Assembly (NCBI GenBank): GCA_018812715.1
Contig: JAHJCT010000017.1
Span: 204,019 to 268,018 of the forward strand
Length of the DNA: 64,000 bases
Origin: Candidatus Micrarchaeota archaeon
GTDB taxonomy: Archaea; Micrarchaeota; Micrarchaeia; Anstonellales; Bilamarchaeaceae
Direction of reading: 5' to 3'
Position numbers and translations under genes: made by a program. The notes under the pieces were generated by a model. It worked only from the letters and a program-made list of their open reading frames with translations. It made no database searches and was not told the DNA's origin. This document shows, piece by piece, positions 44,928 through 52,147 of this stretch (position 1 is its first letter; every line of letters starts with the position of its first letter).

Positions 44928-45045
44928 AATGCAGGAGGCGCTTGAATCGAGCTTCATTACAGTCAGTTTTTTGCCTCACTTTTCAAGGATCAGTTTTTTG
45001 GTTCTTTTTTCCTAAAAAAGAACAATGCAGGAGGAAGGACATTCG
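44928..45045 (+). repeat. Direct repeat copy 1 (~115 bp) flanking the PIN/antitoxin cassette
   Basis: Shares an ~85-bp identical core AGCTTCATTACAGTCAGTTTTTTGCCTCACTTTTCAAG[G/A]ATCAGTTTTTTGGTTCTTTTTTCCTAAAAAAGAACAATGCAGGAGGAAGGA with 45787-45903. Contains the palindrome GTTCTTTTTT-CCT-AAAAAAGAAC. Confidence 0.85.
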
Positions 45046-45087
45046 TAATTAGTACAGTGCAGACCCCCGAAATCTCGAGGACAGAGT

Positions 45088-45507
45088 TTATAACTTCTGC
45101 CCCAGCATTTCAATGAGTTCTTTTGTTGTGAGAACCTTTACCCCTTTCTGTTTCTTGAAGTGTTTATCATCACTCCAAATAGGAGCTTTGGTTGCCAAAG
45201 CTGCCGCAATGAACGGGACATCAGCTGAATCTATTTTTTCCATTATCCCCTTTGCTTCTCCCATGTATATAACAATTATTTTATCGTCTAGAATAGTCAT
45301 TTTTGAAAAAAGCTTGTTCAGAATCATCTCGAGATCTGTTTCTGATATTTTTGCTTTCTTGAGAATCTCCTTCTTATGATTGCCTAGTTCTTCCATTGAA
45401 AAGCCAATCGTAATGAGTTCTCCATCGAAATGGGTGATGATTTTCCTGGAAACCCCATCTCGCACTAGGGCAGCGATGATTCTGTTGGTATCTACAACAA
45501 GCCTCAT
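45088..45507 (-). CDS. PIN-domain ribonuclease (VapC-like toxin)
   Basis: N-terminal LVVDTN signature, central D and C-terminal acidic residues. 139 aa. Overlaps the upstream small ORF by 4 nt. Confidence 0.75.
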   Translation of the reverse strand: MRLVVDTNRIIAALVRDGVSRKIITHFDGELITIGFSMEELGNHKKEILKKAKISETDLEMILNKLFSKMTILDDKIIVIYMGEAKGIMEKIDSADVPFIAAALATKAPIWSDDKHFKKQKGVKVLTTKELIEMLGQKL

Positions 45508-45725
45508 TTTGAGAACCTTTTTCTCATTTTAGCTTTTACGTCATGGCCTATTCTCTCGGCATCTTCTTCAGTCATCTTACTGTTCTTCAGAACTTCGTCC
45601 ATCCAATGCAGCTCTCTAATTTTCTTCTCGAAAGCCTGTCTGGCCACGTCGCTCCATTTGAGCTCTGAATGGGCAATCATCTCTTTGTAGAGTTCTTCTG
45701 GAATCGAAAGCGTCATGTTAACCAT
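45504..45725 (-). CDS. Putative antitoxin of the PIN toxin
   Basis: 73 aa. It sits upstream of and translationally coupled to the PIN gene. The N-terminal MVNMTLSIPEELYKEM is typical of ribbon/AbrB-like antitoxins. Confidence 0.55.
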   Translation of the reverse strand: MVNMTLSIPEELYKEMIAHSELKWSDVARQAFEKKIRELHWMDEVLKNSKMTEEDAERIGHDVKAKMRKRFSK

Positions 45726-45786
45726 AATCTCACCTATTTGTATTATGTGCTAACACATATTTAAAGCTTTGCTACAAAAATGAGAA

Positions 45787-45903
45787 AATGCAAGAAAGGC
45801 ACTCGAAGCAAGCTTCATTACAGTCAGTTTTTTGCCTCACTTTTCAAGAATCAGTTTTTTGGTTCTTTTTTCCTAAAAAAGAACAATGCAGGAGGAAGGA
45901 TTG
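45787..45903 (+). repeat. Direct repeat copy 2 (~115 bp)
   Basis: See copy 1. Both copies lie about 60 nt upstream of a minus-strand gene start (44869 and 45725). Confidence 0.85.
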
Positions 45904-46179
45904 ACGGCACTATTTTAGAGCACCAGTTTTTGGTGCAGCTTTCTAAAAAGGTGCATTCGAACCTTCGAAGGCGCGTAGCCCATGTGCCTTTTAGTAAAAG
46001 GCACCCCAAAACGGGGAGTTACATGTTAAGCCAGCAGATTTCCCAAACCGCAATTGGAAAAGGAAAATAACGCGACTATTTACGACCTTGTTTGTTGTTC
46101 CTCAGGCCTTTTTCCAGGGTTTTTGGCCGTGGAATGGCAGAGGTCAAAAGGCCCCTTGAGTCTGCCACGTTTGACCGCT

Positions 46180-46362
46180 TCGCTACTCCTGCAGAAACTT
46201 TCCTTAGATGAAACAATTGTTAAAGTTTCATCAAACTTCCTGAGTTTTCCTCAGGATTGGAGTTGCGAATCGTGAACGGATTGCCGTTCAGGTACTTCGC
46301 TACTCCTGCAGAAACTTTCCTTAGATGAAACAATTGTTAAAGTTTCATCAAACTTCCTAAGA
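46180..46362 (+). repeat. Two tandem copies of a ~66-bp unit (46180-46245 and 46297-46362) containing the palindrome GATGAAAC-N10-GTTTCATC
   Basis: TTCGCTACTCCTGCAGAAACTTTCCTTAGATGAAACAATTGTTAAAGTTTCATCAAACTTCCT occurs twice, 12-190 nt downstream of the ferredoxin stop. A third partial copy lies at 47262-47293. Confidence 0.8.
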
Positions 46363-46373
46363 AAAAATAAAAG

Positions 46374-46646
46374 TTAATACTCTACAACCACCTTGCCTTT
46401 CTTTATCTTGCATTGGCAAAGCAATCTTTCATCAGAACTTCCACCAAAAATCTCCAAACCTGCCTTTTCTGTTTCATTGGCCGGTTCAAGATTCTCCATT
46501 CCTTCAAGAACTTTCACTTTGCATGATCCGCAAGTTCCTGCTTTACATGCAAAAAGAATAGAACACTTTCCTTCTAGTTCAACAAGTGATGAACCATCGG
46601 GAACTTCAATTTTTTTTCCTTCATTTTTGATTTCTACAGTTGCCAT
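46374..46646 (-). CDS. [2Fe-2S] ferredoxin (plant/adrenodoxin-type fold)
   Basis: CKAGTCGSCKVKV plus a downstream Cys (LLCQC) match the 2Fe-2S ferredoxin cluster-binding pattern. 90 aa. Confidence 0.75.
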   Translation of the reverse strand: MATVEIKNEGKKIEVPDGSSLVELEGKCSILFACKAGTCGSCKVKVLEGMENLEPANETEKAGLEIFGGSSDERLLCQCKIKKGKVVVEY

Positions 46647-46658
46647 AAAATCACACCA

Positions 46659-47240
46659 TCATTTTCTTGCGAAAACAAGATAAGCTGTATGCATAAGACC
46701 AAAATGCTTGGGTCTGAATCCTCGCTCTCTTGCCTCATATTCTCTTACAATTCCTTCTATTGTAAACACTTCACTAAAAACCCCTTCAGCAGCAATATGG
46801 AGTGCTTTTGCCTGTTCTGCATGCAAACAATGTGCTGCCAAATATCCATTCTTCTTCAGTGCCTTGTCTGCCATTTCAACTACTTTTTCTGCTTCTGCTA
46901 TATCACAAAAAACAAGATCCCAGGACCCATCGTTTTCATCTATTCCCTCCAGTACATCTTTATGCCTGAAAGTAACATTTTTCAATCCGCTGCGCTCAAC
47001 ATTTTTCTGTGCAAGGGCTAAAAATTCATCTCGTTTCTCATAACTTACGACTTCTTTAACAATATTGGCCAGTTGGACTGTCATAAAGCCTGTCCCTGAA
47101 CCAAGTTCAATTACTTTTGATTCTTTGCCAATGCCAGTATACCCAATTATCAATCCTGCATCCTTTGGTTGTGTTACTGCTGGGCCTCCTCTTTTCAATT
47201 TTGTCAATAATGCAGGAAAATGAAATTCAGTTTTCTTCAT
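46659..47240 (-). CDS. SAM-dependent methyltransferase, TrmI/Gcd14-like (tRNA m1A)
   Basis: QPKDAGLIIGYTGIGKESKVIELGSGTGFMT resembles the TrmI pKD..I motif and SAM motif I. It is shorter than typical (193 aa). A PIMT-like alternative cannot be excluded. Confidence 0.5.
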   Translation of the reverse strand: MKKTEFHFPALLTKLKRGGPAVTQPKDAGLIIGYTGIGKESKVIELGSGTGFMTVQLANIVKEVVSYEKRDEFLALAQKNVERSGLKNVTFRHKDVLEGIDENDGSWDLVFCDIAEAEKVVEMADKALKKNGYLAAHCLHAEQAKALHIAAEGVFSEVFTIEGIVREYEARERGFRPKHFGLMHTAYLVFARK

Positions 47241-47261
47241 AGAAACTTTCCTCCGGCCATT

Positions 47262-47293
47262 CTCATGTTAAAGTTTCATCAAACTTCTTAAGG
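47262..47293 (+). repeat. Third (half) copy of the GTTAAAGTTTCATCAAACTTC element
   Basis: CATGTTAAAGTTTCATCAAACTTCTTAAGG lies between the purE stop and the trmI-like start. Confidence 0.7.
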
Positions 47294-47294
47294 T

Positions 47295-47732
47295 TTACTC
47301 CTTGAGTTTTTCTTTAAATTCTACTAATTTTTGCCTTAGTTCTGGATCACTTATTGCAAGTATTTCAATAGCCAGAATAGCCGCATTCTTTCCATTATTG
47401 ATTCCAACACTTGCAACTGGAACATTGGGTGGCATTTGGGCAATGGAAAGCAATGAATCAAGTCCTCCAAGGGCAGCATCAATAGGAACGCCTATAACTG
47501 GTTTTATTGTCTTTGATGCAACAACTCCTGGGAGTGCTGCACTCAGACCTGCAATTGCTATAAACACATCAGCAGTACTTTCTTTTACAAGCATTTCAAC
47601 TTTCTCTGGATTTCTGTGTGCAGATGCAACCTCAGATCTGTAAGATACTCCGAAAGCACTCAGCACACCCTCTACCTTTGTTACTATCTCCTCGTCGCTC
47701 TTGCTCCCGCTTAAAATAAGTACTTTTTCCAT
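47295..47732 (-). CDS. purE: N5-carboxyaminoimidazole ribonucleotide mutase
   Basis: SGSKSD, AGLSAALPGVVASKT and VPVASVGINNGKNAAILA are typical PurE motifs. 145 aa. Confidence 0.85.
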   Translation of the reverse strand: MEKVLILSGSKSDEEIVTKVEGVLSAFGVSYRSEVASAHRNPEKVEMLVKESTADVFIAIAGLSAALPGVVASKTIKPVIGVPIDAALGGLDSLLSIAQMPPNVPVASVGINNGKNAAILAIEILAISDPELRQKLVEFKEKLKE

Positions 47733-47781
47733 ACTAACGTCTTATGCTAAACTCTTTAAAAACATTGAACAGAGTCTCTTT

Positions 47782-48093
47782 ATGGTAAAAGTGCTTTCCT
47801 TGAAAAAAAGATACATTGCCTTTGAGCTCCGCGGAAAAGAAATGAATGAAAAGGAACTCAAACATGCCATTTATACAGAGGCACTCACATTCTTTGGTGA
47901 ATATGGCCTTTCTTATGCGGCGCTTAAACTAATTGAGTATAATCCAGTAACAAAAAGAGGAATACTTCGATGCGAAAGGGATTACAAAGACAAAGTTCTT
48001 GGTTTTTTAGCACTTTCTGAAATTCGTTTAGTGGCTCTAAAATCAAGCGGAACTCTCAAGAGCTTAGAAAGTACGCTTTCTTCTATCCATTGA
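47782..48093 (+). CDS. pop5: RNase P protein component Pop5
   Basis: LKKRYIAFEL...FFGEYGLSYAALKLIEY...GILRCERDYKDKVLGFLALSEI...SSGTLKSL matches archaeal Pop5. The start is set at the internal Met (MVKVLSL). Confidence 0.8.
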   Translation: MVKVLSLKKRYIAFELRGKEMNEKELKHAIYTEALTFFGEYGLSYAALKLIEYNPVTKRGILRCERDYKDKVLGFLALSEIRLVALKSSGTLKSLESTLSSIH

Positions 48094-48374
48094 ATATATT
48101 CAGTATTGCCCCCCTCAACATCTATCTTCAATATTTCAGCTACTTTATATGGGTGATTCTGTTTGATGTACATCTCCAGTTGCTTGTATGCTTTTTCAGT
48201 TGTTTTTATCACAAGGAGGTATTCTGGACGTTTCTCTATTTTCCCTTTCCATTTGTAAATTGAATTTTCAACCTTGATCACATTAACACACGCAGCGAGT
48301 TCCTTTTCAACTAAATTCGTTGCTACTTCTTCTGCTTTTTCCTTATCCGGATATGCTGAAAGAACAATCTTCAT
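47982..48374 (-). CDS. cutA: CutA1 divalent-cation tolerance protein homologue with a ~33-aa C-terminal read-through
   Basis: MKIVLSAYPDKEKAEEVATNLVEKELAACVNVI...YKWKGKIEKRPEYLLVIKT...HPYKVAEILKIDVEGGNTEYIQWIEESV covers a full CutA1 domain. The ATG lies 1 nt after the upstream GTPase stop. The 3' end overlaps pop5 on the opposite strand by about 110 nt. Confidence 0.7.
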   Translation of the reverse strand: MKIVLSAYPDKEKAEEVATNLVEKELAACVNVIKVENSIYKWKGKIEKRPEYLLVIKTTEKAYKQLEMYIKQNHPYKVAEILKIDVEGGNTEYIQWIEESVLSKLLRVPLDFRATKRISESAKKPRTLSL

Positions 48375-48375
48375 A

Positions 48376-49566
48376 TTACCCCTTTTTCTTGAAAACAATC
48401 TCAACAACATCTCTGTGCTTTAGCACATGCTCCTTTCCAATTACCTGTTTTTTCTTTACATCTATTGCTTTGATGAAACCATTTCCTATATCGCTATGCA
48501 ATCTGAATGCAAAATCAATTGCAGTGGTGCCTGGTGGCATTAAATAGCAATCAGGGATCACATTTCCCTGCGAATCTTCTAGTTTTCCTACCCCGCCAGG
48601 AAAAACAGCTATATACTGAAGGAAATCAAATACGGCCGCATTCAAGCATTTTTGTACTCCTGTTCCGTTGCATTTATCACACACATTTTTCAATATCCCA
48701 AGTGCCTTTTTTTGCTGTTCATCTGCTTTTTTTATCTCAAATGTTTCATCGCCTGGGAGATAAGATACATACTCGTGCTTAGCAGCTTCTTTCAGGGCTA
48801 TCTCAGCTTCTGAAGAACATGGGATAATAAGATAATCTGGAAATTCTTTTTTCAATTTCTGATAATTGCCCCATCCATGCGGAAGATCACACTTATTTGC
48901 TGCGATTATTGTTGGTTTTCCCATATGCCTTAATTTTTTTGCAAGTGCCATCTTTTCTTCTTCTGTCCATTCTTCCAGGGCCTTCTCCTCGAGATTAAGG
49001 CTTTTCAATACTCTCCCAACTATCTCTCTATTCATGCCAAGCCCACTAAACTGTTCGGTAAGTGCATCTTCATTTTTGCCTTTGTGCTTTGCTTCTTTTT
49101 CTAGTTTTTTCCAATTCCTATCTAGAATTCCCTTTATCCAGAAATCAAGTTCTTCTTCAAGAAATCTTACATCATTACATGGATCGTAGCTGCCTGCAGA
49201 AACTTTCTCACCCACTTCATTTGTGGATCCGCTTGCATCAACAATATGAACGAGCACATCTGCCTGTCTCAAATCATCAAGAAATTTATTTCCTAGTCCT
49301 TTTCCTTCATGTGCTCCTGGTACTAGGCCAGCTACATCCAGAAGTTCAACCGGAACGAATCTTCTAGAATCTATACAATAACCAGCTCTTGGATTGCATT
49401 TCTTTCCAAATTCCTTATCTACACATTCTACTTCAACATAAGCCATCGCATGATTTGGTTTTATTGTAGTAAAAGGACGTGGCGATCGCTCTACAGTTGC
49501 AGATGTTGCTGCCATGAAAAATGTACTTTTCCCCGTACTAGGTTTGCCAACAATTCCAATAAGCAT
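48376..49566 (-). CDS. Obg-like ATPase/GTPase of the YchF/OLA1 family with C-terminal TGS domain
   Basis: [14 protein letters not shown] (G1), [33 protein letters not shown] (G3/G-domain core), NKCD (G4), and a C-terminal TGS-like region. Confidence 0.75.
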   Translation of the reverse strand: MLIGIVGKPSTGKSTFFMAATSATVERSPRPFTTIKPNHAMAYVEVECVDKEFGKKCNPRAGYCIDSRRFVPVELLDVAGLVPGAHEGKGLGNKFLDDLRQADVLVHIVDASGSTNEVGEKVSAGSYDPCNDVRFLEEELDFWIKGILDRNWKKLEKEAKHKGKNEDALTEQFSGLGMNREIVGRVLKSLNLEEKALEEWTEEEKMALAKKLRHMGKPTIIAANKCDLPHGWGNYQKLKKEFPDYLIIPCSSEAEIALKEAAKHEYVSYLPGDETFEIKKADEQQKKALGILKNVCDKCNGTGVQKCLNAAVFDFLQYIAVFPGGVGKLEDSQGNVIPDCYLMPPGTTAIDFAFRLHSDIGNGFIKAIDVKKKQVIGKEHVLKHRDVVEIVFKKKG

Positions 49567-49596
49567 GATTAATCACTTTGTCATTTTCTTTTATAA

Positions 49597-50739
49597 TTAC
49601 TTCTTCAAAACCACAATACTCTCTCTTGTTTTTATTTTCTGTGGTTTTACATCTGCTATTCTTTCTGCACCAATGATTATTTCTGCTTCAAAGCCAATCC
49701 TCTCCCCTATCTCAGCAAGAATCTCATCAACAAGCACATGTGTCTGATGTATTACTGAATTGGAAACAATTATGTGTGTGCTTCCCCCATCCTGCAAAAC
49801 TCGGTACATTTCAGCTATTGACTGTTCCATATCTTTGAAATACGTGCCTATTATTGGAATCCTATATCCTATTTCTCCAACTTCTGGGGGCATTTCTTGG
49901 ACATCCATTTTCTTTCCAATAAATGATCTCACTGCGCGCATTCTCGTTTCTTCAGCCTCTGCTTTGCTCATATGCAATAAGCTCAATTCAAGTCCATAAA
50001 TTTTGGAATAATCTATGTTGTTTAAATATGGTGGGGAAGTTACAACCAAATCAACGCTTTCTTCAGGTAAATCCAGCCCTCTTGCATCACCTAAGAAAAC
50101 TTGCGGAACTGGTTCAAGTGCTTCGTTTTGTTCCAAATCCTCCAGTATTTTTTTCACTTTTCTTTTGAATATTTCTTTTGCAGGAAGCGCTCTCTTTCTT
50201 CGTGTTATTTTCAAAACTCCGCCATCCTTTACAATGATACTTGCCTGAGGAAGAATAGATAATAATGCTAAGAGCAAAAGATCACGTCCTTTCCCTTCCT
50301 CCTGCTCTATTGCATTCCGCAATGCCAGAATTTGATTGTAATTCCTTTTTGGGAATGCAGCACGGGCATCAAACAACTCAAACTCCCAACGTAGGGGACG
50401 CACGCCCTCTTCTGGTTTTATCTTTGTTGCTAAAAATGATTTAACGGATTCAATATCTTCTTTACTATAATTCTCGGTTTTTGTTTTTGAAATAAAAACT
50501 GCAAGAGAAGAAGCATCAACACCAACGGATTCAATTCCCCCCTGTTTTGCAGTTAATAACGTTGTCCCAACTCCACAAAAGGGATCTAGGATTATTTTTG
50601 GTTTTGAATTTCCAATTGCATATTCGACTATCTCCGGAGCAAATCCTTCTTTATACCAAAACCAGTTATGTGTTGGTTTACTCTTGGAATATTCAAAGGT
50701 CATATACTTTCCAAGATCATAATTTTGTTTGATTTTCAT
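49597..50739 (-). CDS. SAM-dependent nucleic-acid methyltransferase (N6A/N4C-type; motif I FCGVGTT then motif IV SPPY)
   Basis: DPFCGVGTTLLTA, then about 180 aa later VVTSPPYLNNIDY. This spacing suggests an alpha-type DNA MTase, though a Trm11-like RNA MTase cannot be excluded. The start is uncertain; the longest ORF runs to 50844 and would overlap rnhA. Confidence 0.5.
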   Translation of the reverse strand: MKIKQNYDLGKYMTFEYSKSKPTHNWFWYKEGFAPEIVEYAIGNSKPKIILDPFCGVGTTLLTAKQGGIESVGVDASSLAVFISKTKTENYSKEDIESVKSFLATKIKPEEGVRPLRWEFELFDARAAFPKRNYNQILALRNAIEQEEGKGRDLLLLALLSILPQASIIVKDGGVLKITRRKRALPAKEIFKRKVKKILEDLEQNEALEPVPQVFLGDARGLDLPEESVDLVVTSPPYLNNIDYSKIYGLELSLLHMSKAEAEETRMRAVRSFIGKKMDVQEMPPEVGEIGYRIPIIGTYFKDMEQSIAEMYRVLQDGGSTHIIVSNSVIHQTHVLVDEILAEIGERIGFEAEIIIGAERIADVKPQKIKTRESIVVLKK

Positions 50740-51133
50740 TTCTTTTTCCTCGTTTTGCACCTTCTTTTGATAATTCATCTGCTTCGTTGTTTTTCTCACG
50801 TGGTATATGTTCAAAATGTACCTTAAGACCTTTACAAAGTTCATCTATTCTTTTTTTGAGTGGTTTCAATTTCAGATCTTTTACTTTATACTCATTATTT
50901 AATTGTCTAATCACAAGTTGACTATCACTTTTGATGTGTACCTCGCGTTCTCCCATCTGGTGAGCAGTTTCAAGTGCTTTAATCACTGCAGTATACTCAG
51001 CTATATTATTTGTCCCATTCCCTAAATACTCACTCAATTCTTCTACACATATCCCTTCACGATAAATTACAATGCCAATTCCCATAGGGCCGGGGTTTCC
51101 TAGCGAGGCTCCATCAGTATAAATTATCAGCAT
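50717..51133 (-). CDS. rnhA: Ribonuclease HI
   Basis: IYTDGASLGNPGPMGIGIV...NNIAEYTAVIKAL...HIKSDSQLVIRQL...NNEADELSK contains the catalytic DEDD residues of type 1 RNase H. Confidence 0.9.
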   Translation of the reverse strand: MLIIYTDGASLGNPGPMGIGIVIYREGICVEELSEYLGNGTNNIAEYTAVIKALETAHQMGEREVHIKSDSQLVIRQLNNEYKVKDLKLKPLKKRIDELCKGLKVHFEHIPREKNNEADELSKEGAKRGKRNENQTKL

Positions 51134-51165
51134 ATCTTAACCTTGCCTCATGCTTTTTATAATCT

Positions 51166-51633
51166 TTGTCGTTAGGTGTTCACATGTCATATTCCTTCAA
51201 TCCTTACCCCGTGGTTGGAGCAGTTCGAGCCGCTGTTATAGCAGCACTTTTCTCAATTTTCTTGTTATTTGTAACATTCTTTCTTGGCCCATGGACATTC
51301 ATTATTATCATTCTCGTTTGGGCATTGACCCTACTAAGAATAGTATCTGTATTCTTAATGGCCAAATATCAAGTTTTAACCTTAGAGAAAAATAGCATAA
51401 CTTATAGGGTTGGCGTTTTTTCTCATAGCAGCGTTGTTCTTCCTTATCAAAAAATCACAGAAGCAAGTTACAGTCAGGGCTTTATTCAACGTATTTTTGG
51501 GGTTGGAACGTTAAGATTAGATAGTGCGGGGGGCTCTCAAGTTGCTATTTATGTACAGGATGTTCGTCATGTCGATGTCCAAAAGACACTTCGTGAAATA
51601 GATGAGAAAGGTGGCAAGGTAGATACTAAATGA
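51166..51633 (+). CDS. Membrane protein with bacterial-type PH domain (bPH_2/YdbS-like)
   Basis: Two N-terminal TM helices, then a PH-like region TYRVGVFSHSSVVLPYQKITEA...GTLRLDSAGG. Overlaps the next gene by ATGA. Confidence 0.45.
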   Translation: MSLGVHMSYSFNPYPVVGAVRAAVIAALFSIFLLFVTFFLGPWTFIIIILVWALTLLRIVSVFLMAKYQVLTLEKNSITYRVGVFSHSSVVLPYQKITEASYSQGFIQRIFGVGTLRLDSAGGSQVAIYVQDVRHVDVQKTLREIDEKGGKVDTK

Positions 51634-52112
51634 AATTCGATACGGATTATCTTGTAATTAATGATCGATCTCTTATACTTAAACTCCGTAGCCTTGGGGC
51701 AGGCGTAGAAGAAGGAGATGAAACAAAAATAACCTATCTTGAAGCTGCCTATTTTGCAGATCGTGGAGTACTTCCAGCAGATAAAGAAAAACTCCTGAAA
51801 CACGTTAAGGAAGACTTTGCAAAAGAAAAATATATTGTTATAAAGTACCTCAGAGACCAAGGCTATATCATTCGGCCAAGCCTTGATGGAAGTGGTTATC
51901 TTCGCCTCCATAGAAAAGGATATCGCCCTGGTGAAGATAAAACTTATTATCTGATTAAAGTAGTTCCAAAAGACTGGAAATGCAGCTCAGAATCCCTTTT
52001 GCCTTCTTTGGAAACCGCAGGAAAATTACGTAAGGAACTCGCTATCGCGATTGTTGATCCAGAATATGACAAACCTTTGTTTATAAAATTCGGAAGAATG
52101 AATTTTGATTGA
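51630..52112 (+). CDS. tRNA-splicing endonuclease (EndA) family protein, apparently lacking the catalytic Tyr and His
   Basis: ITYLEAAYFADRGVL matches the EndA N-terminal domain, and YIVIKYLRDQGYIIRPSLDGSGYLRLH...YYLIKVVP...LRKELAIAIVD matches the catalytic-domain fold. The catalytic Tyr position reads His (LRLH) and the His position reads T/Y. That fits a structural or non-catalytic subunit. Inference from remembered family motifs. Confidence 0.5.
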   Translation: MKFDTDYLVINDRSLILKLRSLGAGVEEGDETKITYLEAAYFADRGVLPADKEKLLKHVKEDFAKEKYIVIKYLRDQGYIIRPSLDGSGYLRLHRKGYRPGEDKTYYLIKVVPKDWKCSSESLLPSLETAGKLRKELAIAIVDPEYDKPLFIKFGRMNFD

Positions 52113-52147
52113 TATACTTATAAGGAGTTCACTTACAAATAATTTTT

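Noticed and set aside
45905-46180. Considered RNase P RNA or another known structured RNA in the GC-richer gap
   Set aside because: I could not find the conserved RNase P motifs (GGAAAGUCCGGGC, AGGGUGAAA, ACAGAAAC), nor tRNA or C/D-box features. Left as an unexplained non-coding interval rather than called.
45780-46275. ORFs 45780-46070 and 46054-46275 on the plus strand
   Set aside because: They run through the direct repeat and the hairpin-rich non-coding interval. Their composition is not protein-like and they have no homology features. Treated as non-coding.
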